DNA from: Anaerolineae bacterium
GTDB taxonomy: Bacteria; Chloroflexota; Anaerolineae; UBA1429
NCBI GenBank assembly: GCA_963675785.1
Contig: OY776562.1
Coordinates: 2,560,001-2,624,000 of the forward strand
Reading direction: 5' to 3'
Length of the DNA: 64,000 bases
The notes below the pieces were generated by a model. The model searched no databases and was not told the origin of the DNA. It saw only the letters and a list, made by a program, of their open reading frames with translations. Numbering within the stretch: the stretch's first letter is position 1; every line of letters begins with the position of its first letter. Below, in pieces: positions 19,876-29,092 of the stretch. The translations under genes and the position numbers were made by a program.

Positions 19876-22113
19876 CTAGTAAGGATATTCGTACCAATCA
19901 AGAAATCCCTCAGGTCCAGCCTGGCAAGCATACACCAGGATGGAAGGGAACGTGCTAGCGAACACGCGTCCGCCCCCCATATTACCAATGACTGCACCAC
20001 TCGAATCAATGAACTTGGGTCCGCGCGGCGCTTCTACCGAGCCCTCACTCAAAGCCGCAAATACCCGCGTAGCGATCTTGAGGTATTGGGAATCTCCTGA
20101 AAACCGATAGGCATGGGTAAGTGCCTCAAGCAAGTGAGAAGTTGGAGCACTCCTGCGGAGCGATGGTAGCTCTTTGTAGTAAGGAATGCCATCGGCGCCC
20201 ATGCAATGCTCGAGCATGTCATCAACAGTTTTCAGAACAAGTTCTTTCACCCGTTCGTCATCAGCCACAAGTAGATAACGGGCAAAAGAGTTCGCAGTCA
20301 GAGAGATCATAAAAGGCACACGGGGCATACTGTGACTCGTATAGGGCGCCAGCAAACCGCCAAACTCGTCAAGCCAGGCGAGAAATAGTTCGACGATATG
20401 CTTGGCTTCATCGAGATATTGCTGTTCGCCGGTAGCCATATACATAGCTACCATGGCACGCAGAGCCCAACCACTTTCACGTACTGCTGCTTGCCCGGGC
20501 TCCAGCATCCGCGGCTCGCGTAGATGCCGCATGATATTCGCAGCCACAGAACGCGCGCCATCCAATCCTTCTTGTCGACCTGTCCAAAAATAATAGTCGA
20601 GAAAACCGTTTGTCCATTCGTGAGAAGGCGTAACGCCCCCCGTACCATGATAGGCAGTATGAATCTTGAGACCCCCGTCTATCAATGGATCCTGGCTATA
20701 ATGACACAAATCAACATCGAGCCAATGGCGCGCTGTAACCAAAGCCGAGTCCAGCATGCGGCGTTCGCCAACAAGACCGTATAGTACAGAGCACCAGTGA
20801 GGACGATCGTACTCGTTGTTTACCCAGACAGTCTCGCCACGACCTCGTCCTTGATCCGTATAATGGGCGTCGGGCGCGTCACCAAAATGCATCATCCCGA
20901 GCGCAATAGGGCGTCCGTCGTGCATGCGCTCAAAATAAGTAATGAGGCGCTTGGGAAGCTGCTCTGCAAAATAATTCTCTTGCCAGGGGTTATTATTGCG
21001 GAACCATTCGCGCGAAAGTGCGGGCCGATCAGGAAGTTGGAATTGCAGGCTGCGCGTCGATATCTCTTCCAGCGGCGTATCAGGACCGTGAAAATAGAGC
21101 TGAATACGGTGTGTCTTAGCCATACCTTGAAGCACACGAGCCGGAGGTGCAGAACGGGGATAGAGATCTACAACAATGCCCTTGGGCGTAGCCTTGAGCC
21201 GCTTGGGAAAGTTCTGATGCGCCTGATGAATAGTGGCTGCAACACCAGCACATGAATCTCGCCAATCCACCCAAAAATCGCCATAAAAACAATCAACAAA
21301 ATGTTCATTGGCTTGATAGAGCATGGTCTCATCATCGAGCGTCATCTCGACCTGCTCGTCACTAGTCTGGATATCAGTACGATAATAGCCCTGCCCTAAA
21401 GCAAGGTGTGCATCACCGCAAGCCTGGGGCTTGATCTTGAATGCAAGGCGCTCCAAGGAGATTTCACTGGCTTCTTCTGTGTTCACAAATTGATGTTCAA
21501 TCTGGATATACGGTTTGCCCGCAAAGGCCGTGATCCGTCCTGAGAATTCTAAAAACTTGCCATTTTCATCGCGATGCCAGCCACGAATAACTGCCGTAAC
21601 AAGGAGGGGTCCTTCATCCTCAAAGATTATCTCCACTGGTCCTTCAAGCGTAGAAACCTTGCGCCCATCACAGGTAATTTCAAATCCGCCCAAAGAATGT
21701 GCATCAAGAACCGCCGTACCATCCAGAGATACATCATACACCGGCGCAAAGCCAGATCGACCAATGGAAAACTGCAACGGGCCCGTATTCAGGCGGTATC
21801 CGTCGCCTGTCTCAACCACCGATATCTTTGCGGACGCTTGTTGTGGGGATTCACACATGCCAAATGCAAGTGTCTTGTCCCCATTTCCCGGAAGATCGGG
21901 CTGAAAGTGAACCAGAAGCCATTTAACGCTGCCATCTGACCAATTTGCTAACACGCGCGATTGATTTGCATAATGAACCCCTACCTCAGGATCCCAAATA
22001 TCGAGATGCCACCCCTGTGGCAAGTCCCCTTTTGCAAAGGGAATACTGACCGTCACCGGCTCTTTGATGCGATCGAATTGAGATATCTTTTCAAAATACA
22101 ACGTGCCTTGCAT
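19876..22113 (-). CDS. YetA / exo-rhamnogalacturonan lyase-like protein (uncharacterised alpha-barrel family)
   Basis: N-terminal EPVTVSIPFAKG, WSDGSVKW, QNFPK, W.NNEYD, H..DVD and SHEW motifs; ATG 22113 after GGAGGAG. Confidence 0.6.
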   Translation of the reverse strand: MQGTLYFEKISQFDRIKEPVTVSIPFAKGDLPQGWHLDIWDPEVGVHYANQSRVLANWSDGSVKWLLVHFQPDLPGNGDKTLAFGMCESPQQASAKISVVETGDGYRLNTGPLQFSIGRSGFAPVYDVSLDGTAVLDAHSLGGFEITCDGRKVSTLEGPVEIIFEDEGPLLVTAVIRGWHRDENGKFLEFSGRITAFAGKPYIQIEHQFVNTEEASEISLERLAFKIKPQACGDAHLALGQGYYRTDIQTSDEQVEMTLDDETMLYQANEHFVDCFYGDFWVDWRDSCAGVAATIHQAHQNFPKRLKATPKGIVVDLYPRSAPPARVLQGMAKTHRIQLYFHGPDTPLEEISTRSLQFQLPDRPALSREWFRNNNPWQENYFAEQLPKRLITYFERMHDGRPIALGMMHFGDAPDAHYTDQGRGRGETVWVNNEYDRPHWCSVLYGLVGERRMLDSALVTARHWLDVDLCHYSQDPLIDGGLKIHTAYHGTGGVTPSHEWTNGFLDYYFWTGRQEGLDGARSVAANIMRHLREPRMLEPGQAAVRESGWALRAMVAMYMATGEQQYLDEAKHIVELFLAWLDEFGGLLAPYTSHSMPRVPFMISLTANSFARYLLVADDERVKELVLKTVDDMLEHCMGADGIPYYKELPSLRRSAPTSHLLEALTHAYRFSGDSQYLKIATRVFAALSEGSVEAPRGPKFIDSSGAVIGNMGGGRVFASTFPSILVYACQAGPEGFLDWYEYPY

Positions 22114-22191
22114 ACCGTTCTCCTCCAAACCGCTAACAATGTCTTTGCTCGCACCGGTATAACCCGAGGAAAGTCATACGTCAACACAACG

Positions 22192-22226
22192 AAAAAAGGC
22201 GAGAGCGGGCTCGCCGCTCTCGCCTT
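22192..22226 (-). terminator. Intrinsic terminator after OppB-like copy 2
   Basis: Minus strand AAGGCGAGAGCGG-CGAGC-CCGCTCTCGCCTTTTTT. Confidence 0.85.
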
Positions 22227-22240
22227 CCAGACAAACAAGT

Positions 22241-23230
22241 CTACCTGCTAATACGAATACGCGGATCGACAATCGCCAGCAGAATGTCAGAGAACAGTGT
22301 TCCTATGACCGTCAGCGTACTCAGCAAAAGGATAAAGCTCCCTGCCAAGTACATGTCCTGCGAGGTCAACGCTCTCAACATCATCGGGCCTATCGTCTGC
22401 AGACTCAACACAACTGCCACTAATGTCTCACCAGAGATCAGGTTTGCCAACGACCAGCCTATAGTACTAAAGAACGGGTTCATGGACACGCGTACCGGAT
22501 ACTTCCAGATCAACTTGCTCTCTTTGACACCCTTCGCCCGCGCTGTCTCGACATAAGGCTTGTTCAACTCGTCCAACAGGTTGGCACGCGTTGTACGAAT
22601 ACTCCCCGCCGTGCTGTTGAACAACAGTACGAGCACGGGTATCCACATGTGTTTCATTAGATCCACAGCCTTTGCCCAGGACCATGGCGCCAGAATGAAC
22701 TCTTCCGAGAACAGGCCTCCCACATTCAGCCCAAGCTGTGACATCGCAAACCACATCACCAGCAGGGCAATCAAAAAGCCCGGTGTACCCACTCCCATAA
22801 AGCTCAGAAACGTCATAAAGTAATCCAAGGCAGAGTATTGGTGCGTCGCCGAGTAGACACCCACCGGGATGGAGACAATCCAACTCAGTATCATGGTCGT
22901 CGTTGAGAGTGCCACCGTCAAGCCCAGGCGCTCCCAGATCAGATCCTTTACCGGCTTTTGCCACTCCATCGACTGTCCCCAGTCGCCTCGCAGTATAATA
23001 CCGCTGATCCACTTGTAGTACTGCACATAGACCGGCTGGCCCAGTCCATAACGGGCCTCTAGCGCTGCGATTTCTTCCGCGTCAATGTCTTCGCCTTCCA
23101 TACGCAGCTGGGCCACATAGGAAGTCAAATAATCGCCGGGCGGTAGCTGGATGACCACGAAGGAGATGATCGAGATGACGATCAACGTCGGGATCATGTA
23201 CAAAACGCGCTTTAAAATATAACTAAACAT
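22241..23230 (-). CDS. Opp/Dpp-family ABC permease (OppB-like), copy 2, stand-alone
   Basis: About 95% aa identical to 16782-17771; own GGGGAGGGG RBS and own terminator. Confidence 0.92.
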   Translation of the reverse strand: MFSYILKRVLYMIPTLIVISIISFVVIQLPPGDYLTSYVAQLRMEGEDIDAEEIAALEARYGLGQPVYVQYYKWISGIILRGDWGQSMEWQKPVKDLIWERLGLTVALSTTTMILSWIVSIPVGVYSATHQYSALDYFMTFLSFMGVGTPGFLIALLVMWFAMSQLGLNVGGLFSEEFILAPWSWAKAVDLMKHMWIPVLVLLFNSTAGSIRTTRANLLDELNKPYVETARAKGVKESKLIWKYPVRVSMNPFFSTIGWSLANLISGETLVAVVLSLQTIGPMMLRALTSQDMYLAGSFILLLSTLTVIGTLFSDILLAIVDPRIRISR

Positions 23231-23435
23231 TGAAACCCCTCCCCAGCAAAAACTTTGGCTAGTATGGCAAGGGATTTGCAGCGCCTTTGATGGGCTCTAC
23301 TAAACAGGGCGGAAACGCCTCATTGCGTCCCCGCCCACTTATTCGATTGTCTTGGTAACCAGAGCAAAAGAGCAGCTTACCCTATTAGAGGATAATAGTA
23401 TTCTCTTTTTTAGAATCTTCAATAGGCCAGATGGC

Positions 23436-24455
23436 TTATTCCAGACAGGCCTCCTGCATCGTCCGAACGCGGGGGGCCAATGCGGCTCGCAGGATGTCTA
23501 GCAAAGCCCGACCAAAGATGCAAAAAACTCCCAACAGGAAAAGGAGTGCTGTGTTTAGATACATATCCTGCGAGGTAAGCGCCCGAAGCATCATTGACCC
23601 AGTAGTTTGAAGACGCAACACTACTGCAACTAATGTCCCTGAGGAAAGGTTACGCGCAAAAGAATCTGCTTCCATTTCCAGAAACTTGCCCATAGCCACA
23701 GGAAACACATAGTGCCAAAGCAGGCGAGCATTATTGACGCCCCGAGCTCTAGCAGCATCCAAGTAATCTTGCTCCATAACTTGAATTACGCTCTGACGCA
23801 TTGCCAACGTGCTATGTGCAGCACAACCCAACAGCAGAATGAGTATGGGAATCCAAATATGCCCCAGCATATCCCCCACCCTACCCCAAGACCAGGGAGC
23901 CAAGCCATACTCTTCTGAGAAAAGTCCCAAGATTTCTTGATCCAAGTACGACTTGGCATACCACATTGCTACGAGCGCCAGAAGAAAAGCAGGGATTAGG
24001 CGATTAATCTTACATATCAACGTACTCAGCTTTTCAAGAAAGGTGCCTCGATAGCAAGCTAAAGCCATTCCACATGGAAGAGCAATTAGCCAGCCAAGAA
24101 AAAGGGATGATGTTATCAGCAATACAGTGAGCCAGAATCGTTCAGAAAGGAGCCCCTGTACTGGTTCCTGCCACTCCATGGATTTTCCCCAGTCACCGTA
24201 TACAACAACCTGGCGAACCCAGGCGGCATAACGCACTACAAAGGGTTTATCTAGGGCAAAACGCTCTATGTAATCAGTAATCCAGTCTTCATAAACTTGT
24301 GTCTCCTCTGGTGGAGACTGATGAATTATGAGTACATTCTCGGAGGGCAAAAGAAAACGTCCTGGGGGAAGTTCGAGCGTAACAAAGGCAATGAAGGAAA
24401 AAGCGACTACCGAGAGGAAAACCCATAAAAGGCGTCTGAGGACATACTTGACCAC
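23436..24455 (-). CDS. Opp/Dpp-family ABC permease (OppB-like), divergent copy 3
   Basis: YVLRR, LPPG, GDWGKSMEWQ, APWSW, YLDAARARG, MMLRALTSQDMYL; GTG 24455 after AGGGGAG. Confidence 0.8.
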   Translation of the reverse strand: MVKYVLRRLLWVFLSVVAFSFIAFVTLELPPGRFLLPSENVLIIHQSPPEETQVYEDWITDYIERFALDKPFVVRYAAWVRQVVVYGDWGKSMEWQEPVQGLLSERFWLTVLLITSSLFLGWLIALPCGMALACYRGTFLEKLSTLICKINRLIPAFLLALVAMWYAKSYLDQEILGLFSEEYGLAPWSWGRVGDMLGHIWIPILILLLGCAAHSTLAMRQSVIQVMEQDYLDAARARGVNNARLLWHYVFPVAMGKFLEMEADSFARNLSSGTLVAVVLRLQTTGSMMLRALTSQDMYLNTALLFLLGVFCIFGRALLDILRAALAPRVRTMQEACLE

Positions 24456-24572
24456 CGCTCTTCTCCCCTTTGAGAACGCGCTGCCACCCAAACGAGCCGA
24501 CGGGAACATGGAGATGCCCCCGCCGAATCGGATCTCTTTGCTGCAGCAAGATAGACGATCGTACGATGCGTT

Positions 24573-24602
24573 ATTCTATATTGAATTAAGTTAGGCTGTC
24601 AA
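24573..24602 (-). promoter_or_regulatory. Putative promoter of OppB-like copy 3
   Basis: TTGACA (24602-24597), 18 bp, TAGAAT (24578-24573). Confidence 0.5.
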
Positions 24603-24617
24603 TGACTATGCCCTTAT

Positions 24618-25292
24618 TCAGCAATTCGCCGTTCGTACCATCAAATTAGCATATTCTCCCACCAACGGCGCCATTTGCCGAAAGCCGATCTTGCCGCCGT
24701 CCAGCAAGGGGCCGTAAGTTTGGCCATCATCCTCAAAACGGAACACCTCGAGGTCGTTAATGGCAAAGGTTACTATACCGCCGCATTTAACGAGATGAAT
24801 GTGATAGGGTGAATCGGCATCCTCCACCGAGGGAATGGGGTCGGCCCCCTGAGCCACCAGGTGAAAGCCATAGCTCTTGCGCAGATTGCAGGTATGAAAG
24901 GCCCGCTCCTCTGGCCAACGGCGCCGAAAATAAGAGACGTGCAGCGCATTGATATCACCATGATGGTACTGGTTGTACTCGCCCTCACGCTCGGCCAAGG
25001 CAGGATCAAAGATGCTCTCGCCATTCCGTCCCTTGGCGGCAAAGAAGAGGATGCACAGTCCCGGTTCACGAATCGGCCAAAAATCCCAGGTGATGCTCAC
25101 ATCGGCAGGTAATTCCTCAGGACACCAATACACGAAATTGGATTTTTGTCCCAACTCGGCCTCCAGAGCGTTCTCCATACGCAGCCGCCCGTTAGGAAAG
25201 CTAATCCTGGCCTGACCCTCTAACCGAAATCCTTTGACGTCCTGCGCGGTCGCCAGAGGATTCTCATAAACCACCTCGCCAATTTCAAACAT
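24618..25292 (-). CDS. YesU / DUF1961 family protein
   Basis: YENPL, NFVYWCP, GLCILFF, YHHGDINALHVSYFRR, CNLRKSYGF and GKIGFRQM motifs. Confidence 0.85.
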   Translation of the reverse strand: MFEIGEVVYENPLATAQDVKGFRLEGQARISFPNGRLRMENALEAELGQKSNFVYWCPEELPADVSITWDFWPIREPGLCILFFAAKGRNGESIFDPALAEREGEYNQYHHGDINALHVSYFRRRWPEERAFHTCNLRKSYGFHLVAQGADPIPSVEDADSPYHIHLVKCGGIVTFAINDLEVFRFEDDGQTYGPLLDGGKIGFRQMAPLVGEYANLMVRTANC

Positions 25293-27832
25293 TACGCCTC
25301 CCTCTGGGCGCGCATCAAGGCGATGTGCTCAGCTCCACGGGCATCCAGCCAGACGATACGCCAAAACGGCACCCAGCCCAGCCCAAACAGATCGACCTCG
25401 ACATCGGTACGGCGCGGCTTGATCTCGAACGTGGCCACTTGCTCGGCTGTCTGCTGCCAGTTGGTCTTGATCAGCTCGATCTGCTCGGCCAGTTCGGCCT
25501 CTAGTTCAGCAATGTCCTCTTGCAGAGTTTTGATATCCGCCTCAGCCTTTTCTGCCTGAAGCTTGGCCTGCGAGGTTTGGCGCTGCTTGGAAAGCACCGT
25601 CGAAGCGACACGAGTTGAACGCCTACCCAGCAGCAACCCCACCACAGACTCACCCGCCGAGACCCAGGTCTCCATCTTGCGAGACTGAGCATTCGCCTCT
25701 TTGGTAGCCAGCGTCGATTCGGCTTTGCTCATCCTCTCGCGTAGGGCATCCAGCTTGGTCTCGTAACGCGTCCGCAGCTTGTCCACCTCATCGTCGCGCA
25801 ATTCACGCGCCTGCTGCGTCAGCCTGAGCTTGAAAGCATCCTCAGTCTCGCCAGGGTGCGAGTACAACGCTGCCTGCTCAGAGTAGAATAACTCGTAACG
25901 TTCGTTATAGTAGAGGTGATCCGTCAGGTCGTTGCGCAACGCCGTAATCTCGGTGCTTTCATCGATAGCTGAGCCCAAATCCGCGAACAAGGCTTCCTCG
26001 TGGGGCTCGTCAGCGATATCACGGGGATTGATATCCACCTGTTCCGCCGCATCCCAATCCAATGAACCCATACCACCCGGCGCCTCAGCCAGAATCACAA
26101 AATCCTTGACCTCGTTGACCTCACGTTTAGCATCCACAAAGTGGACGCTGCCCTTCCCAACCAGATAGGGCTCGTAGGTCAGACGACTGGCTACCTGGGC
26201 CGCCTCGGGGTGTTCCTGACGAACCTGGGTCTCGCAGGCGCCGGCGCTGAGCTGAACGGGCAGGTACACCTGCGGAATGCGGCTATCCAAACGTGGCGGG
26301 CTGGGAGAATAGCCGGGCACCTCTTCAGCTAACAGCGGTGACTGCTCCGCCATCACCTGGCTGCTGGTTACTGCAGCCGTTGGAGCAGGTCGATCTGTTG
26401 TAGCACGGGGTGCCTCAACACTGCGGCCAGCCATGAGCATACTCACCTGCGGGCGCGTCAGCGGGCCGCGGAGATAACTCATGGCCCAGCGTGTCTGAAA
26501 GACGATGGGCTGCTCTTCATGGACGTTGTGCAGTAAAAAGACGCGCTTGTCCAGATTAGAGATGGCCTCACTCATCGCCCGCCGATCCAAGGCCTCGCCC
26601 GCTGTGTTGGATACCACCGCCAGGCCATCGAGTAGACGATCGCGGTCTTGTTCAGTCTGCAAACGGCCGATGAACCAGGTGCCAGCGTTGCTCAGGCCTT
26701 TGTAATCCAGATCTACCGGGTTTTGGGTGCAGAGGACGGTGCCCAATCCAAAAGCTCTGGCTTGTTTAAGCAGGGTCAGCAGCAACGGTTTGCTGGGAGG
26801 ATTGGCTACTGGCGGCATAAAGCCAAACACCTCGTCGATGTACAGCAGTGCCCGCAGGCTGGTGGTGCCTGACTGCTCGCGCATCCAGGTAATGAGCTGG
26901 TTGAGCAGCATGGTCATAAAGAACATGCGCTCCTGATCGCCAAGATGGGCCAGGTAAAAGATGCTGTGCCGCGGGCGACCATCGGGCGAGGTTAGCAAGC
27001 TAGGAATATCCAGTGTCTGTCCCTGAGTCCATGTCTTGAAAGAGGGCGCCGCGATGATATTGTTCAACTGCAGAGCCAGCTCAAAACGGTCTTTTTCGGG
27101 AAAGAAGGTATCCACATCAAACACGCCGATTTTTTTCAATGGCGGACTCTGCAGCGCCGTCAGCAATCGTCCCATATCCAGACTCTGACCCTGCTGCCAA
27201 AAGTACTCGAAAAGATTAGAGAGCAGCACATGTTCGCGAGAACAAAGGGGATCGGCCTGAATGCCCACCAAACCGAGGAGCGCGCTTACGGTGCCCTGAA
27301 TGCGTTCGCGCAGAGTGTCAGTGTCCGTCTCCCAGCTCAAACGGGGGGCCTCAAAGGAATGCAGTACAGAAAGAGGAATGCCGGCATCGCTGCCCGGTGT
27401 GAAAATCACAAAATCGGCAGCCTGACGCAGGCGGGCAATACGTGCCCCATCCTGGCCCCAACTAGCCAGGCCATTGCGCCACAGTTCAGCCTGGTTGGCA
27501 GCGAAATCATCGGCACTCAGTCCCTTGCGGCGAGCATCGTCCGGATTGATCCAAGGCTGAAAATCGGCTGGCGCCAAATCGGGAAAAGTAAGTAAAAGAT
27601 TAGTAAGATCTCCCTTTGGGTCGATAATAAGCGCAGGTACGCTATCCAGGGCTGCCTCTTCCAGCAAATCGACACCCAAGCCCGTTTTGCCACTGCCCGT
27701 CATACCCACACACACAGCATGAGTCGTCAGGTCACGAGAGTCGTACATTATCAACTCATCGGTGAGAGCCTTCCCCGCCAGATCGTAACCTTTACCCAGG
27801 TAAAAAGCACCGAGCTGCTCCAGATCGATCAT
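25292..27832 (-). CDS. HerA/FtsK-like (DUF87/DUF853-type) P-loop ATPase with C-terminal coiled coil
   Basis: THAVCVGMTGSGKT Walker A, IIDPKGD, YIDEVFG Walker B, KQARAFG, TQNPVDLDYK; heptad-rich C-terminus. Confidence 0.85.
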   Translation of the reverse strand: MIDLEQLGAFYLGKGYDLAGKALTDELIMYDSRDLTTHAVCVGMTGSGKTGLGVDLLEEAALDSVPALIIDPKGDLTNLLLTFPDLAPADFQPWINPDDARRKGLSADDFAANQAELWRNGLASWGQDGARIARLRQAADFVIFTPGSDAGIPLSVLHSFEAPRLSWETDTDTLRERIQGTVSALLGLVGIQADPLCSREHVLLSNLFEYFWQQGQSLDMGRLLTALQSPPLKKIGVFDVDTFFPEKDRFELALQLNNIIAAPSFKTWTQGQTLDIPSLLTSPDGRPRHSIFYLAHLGDQERMFFMTMLLNQLITWMREQSGTTSLRALLYIDEVFGFMPPVANPPSKPLLLTLLKQARAFGLGTVLCTQNPVDLDYKGLSNAGTWFIGRLQTEQDRDRLLDGLAVVSNTAGEALDRRAMSEAISNLDKRVFLLHNVHEEQPIVFQTRWAMSYLRGPLTRPQVSMLMAGRSVEAPRATTDRPAPTAAVTSSQVMAEQSPLLAEEVPGYSPSPPRLDSRIPQVYLPVQLSAGACETQVRQEHPEAAQVASRLTYEPYLVGKGSVHFVDAKREVNEVKDFVILAEAPGGMGSLDWDAAEQVDINPRDIADEPHEEALFADLGSAIDESTEITALRNDLTDHLYYNERYELFYSEQAALYSHPGETEDAFKLRLTQQARELRDDEVDKLRTRYETKLDALRERMSKAESTLATKEANAQSRKMETWVSAGESVVGLLLGRRSTRVASTVLSKQRQTSQAKLQAEKAEADIKTLQEDIAELEAELAEQIELIKTNWQQTAEQVATFEIKPRRTDVEVDLFGLGWVPFWRIVWLDARGAEHIALMRAQREA

Positions 27833-27902
27833 CGTTTCTCCCTTTCGCTCACTATTTCGAGTATAGCGTACGAGGCGATGAGGTCAATGGTAATTGACAA
27901 AG

Positions 27903-27930
27903 AAAAAGGCCTCGACTTGCATCGAGGCCT
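27903..27930 (-). terminator. Intrinsic terminator after the dehydrogenase gene
   Basis: AGGCCTCGA-TGCAAG-TCGAGGCCT-TTTT on the minus strand. Confidence 0.75.
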
Positions 27931-27935
27931 CATCT

Positions 27936-28949
27936 CTAGAGTTCAATCAATATCTTGGTAAATTTCCCCGGCGCATCGTTCCAATCGGCCAGAGCTTGGC
28001 CGGCCTCTTCAAAAGGATAGACCCGCGTGATCAGTTCTTCAAAGGGGAACATGTGGCTCTCGATCATATGGATCACCGCGGGGAACTCGTGCAGGGCATT
28101 GCGCGAACCGCGCACATCCAGCTCTTTGCGCACGAAATTGGTACTATCATAAGAGACAGGCTTTTTGGCATAGCCAATGTAGACCACACGCCCGGCATAA
28201 CAAGCCGCTTCCACGGCCATTTCGTAGGTGGCGGGCAGGCCAACAGCCTCAATGGCTACCTGTACACCCTCGCCGTCAGTTAGGTTGGCGATAACCGCCA
28301 ACACATCCTCTTTGAGCGAATTGATGGTGTGTTGCGCACCAAAACGCCGGGCAATCTCGAGCTTGCCATCATCGATGTCGCTGACGATGACCCGCGCGCC
28401 CTTGCGAGCTGCCGCCGAAATGGCCCCCAGACCAATGGTACCGCAGCCGATGATCAATACTGTATCCGTCTCGCTGATCTGAGCGCGGTTGGCGGCATGG
28501 TAACCCACACTCATGGGCTCCACCAGAGCCAGCTCTTGCAACGAAAGTGTCTTCGAAGCATACACCTGTCGGTAGGGCACGCTGATCCGTGCCGTCAAGG
28601 CGCCCTCACGCTGTACGCCTAGGGTTTCGTTAAATTGGCAGCAATTCGTCCGCCCCGCGCGGCAGGCTGGGCAGTGACCGCATTCGGTATAGGGCTTGAG
28701 CGTTACGCGGTCCCCCAGCAAGAGATGGCCGGGCACATCGACACCCTTGTCCAAGATGATGCCGGCAATCTCGTGGCCCGGAACCCGCGGATAGGTCACC
28801 ATTGGCGAAGATCCGCGATAGGTGTTCAAATCGCTGCCGCACAGGCCAATGTATTTGACCTCAATGAGTACCTCATCCGGCCTCATAGTCGGCTCGGCCA
28901 AATCCACGATTCCTACACAGCCCGCTTCCAAAATCGATACAGCTTTCAT
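27936..28949 (-). CDS. Zn-dependent MDR dehydrogenase (L-galactonate 5-dehydrogenase YjjN/LgoD-like)
   Basis: CGSD, GHE, CGHCPAC...NCC structural Zn site, GCGTIG, KELDVRGSRNA. Confidence 0.85.
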   Translation of the reverse strand: MKAVSILEAGCVGIVDLAEPTMRPDEVLIEVKYIGLCGSDLNTYRGSSPMVTYPRVPGHEIAGIILDKGVDVPGHLLLGDRVTLKPYTECGHCPACRAGRTNCCQFNETLGVQREGALTARISVPYRQVYASKTLSLQELALVEPMSVGYHAANRAQISETDTVLIIGCGTIGLGAISAAARKGARVIVSDIDDGKLEIARRFGAQHTINSLKEDVLAVIANLTDGEGVQVAIEAVGLPATYEMAVEAACYAGRVVYIGYAKKPVSYDSTNFVRKELDVRGSRNALHEFPAVIHMIESHMFPFEELITRVYPFEEAGQALADWNDAPGKFTKILIEL

Positions 28950-29030
28950 AAACACCTCTGCATTGTGCTAATCCTATCGCTCGCTGGGGTGCATTATAGC
29001 CACTTCACGAGGTTCGCGAAAGACCACTTG

Positions 29031-29059
29031 TTGACACCCTGCAGCCGCCGACTTAACAT
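29031..29059 (+). promoter_or_regulatory. Putative promoter of the anSME-sugar kinase operon
   Basis: TTGACA (29031-29036), 17 bp, TAACAT (29054-29059). Confidence 0.55.
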
Positions 29060-29092
29060 CAATGCTGGTTCGTTTTGAGGAGAGGTTAGCCG

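Larger units (their letters stand above)
16782..23230 (-). repeat. Direct duplication of a 990-bp OppB-like gene (16782-17771 and 22241-23230)
   Basis: Both are 329 aa; I count 17 amino-acid differences; long identical nucleotide tracts; similarity stops at the gene boundaries. Confidence 0.95.
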
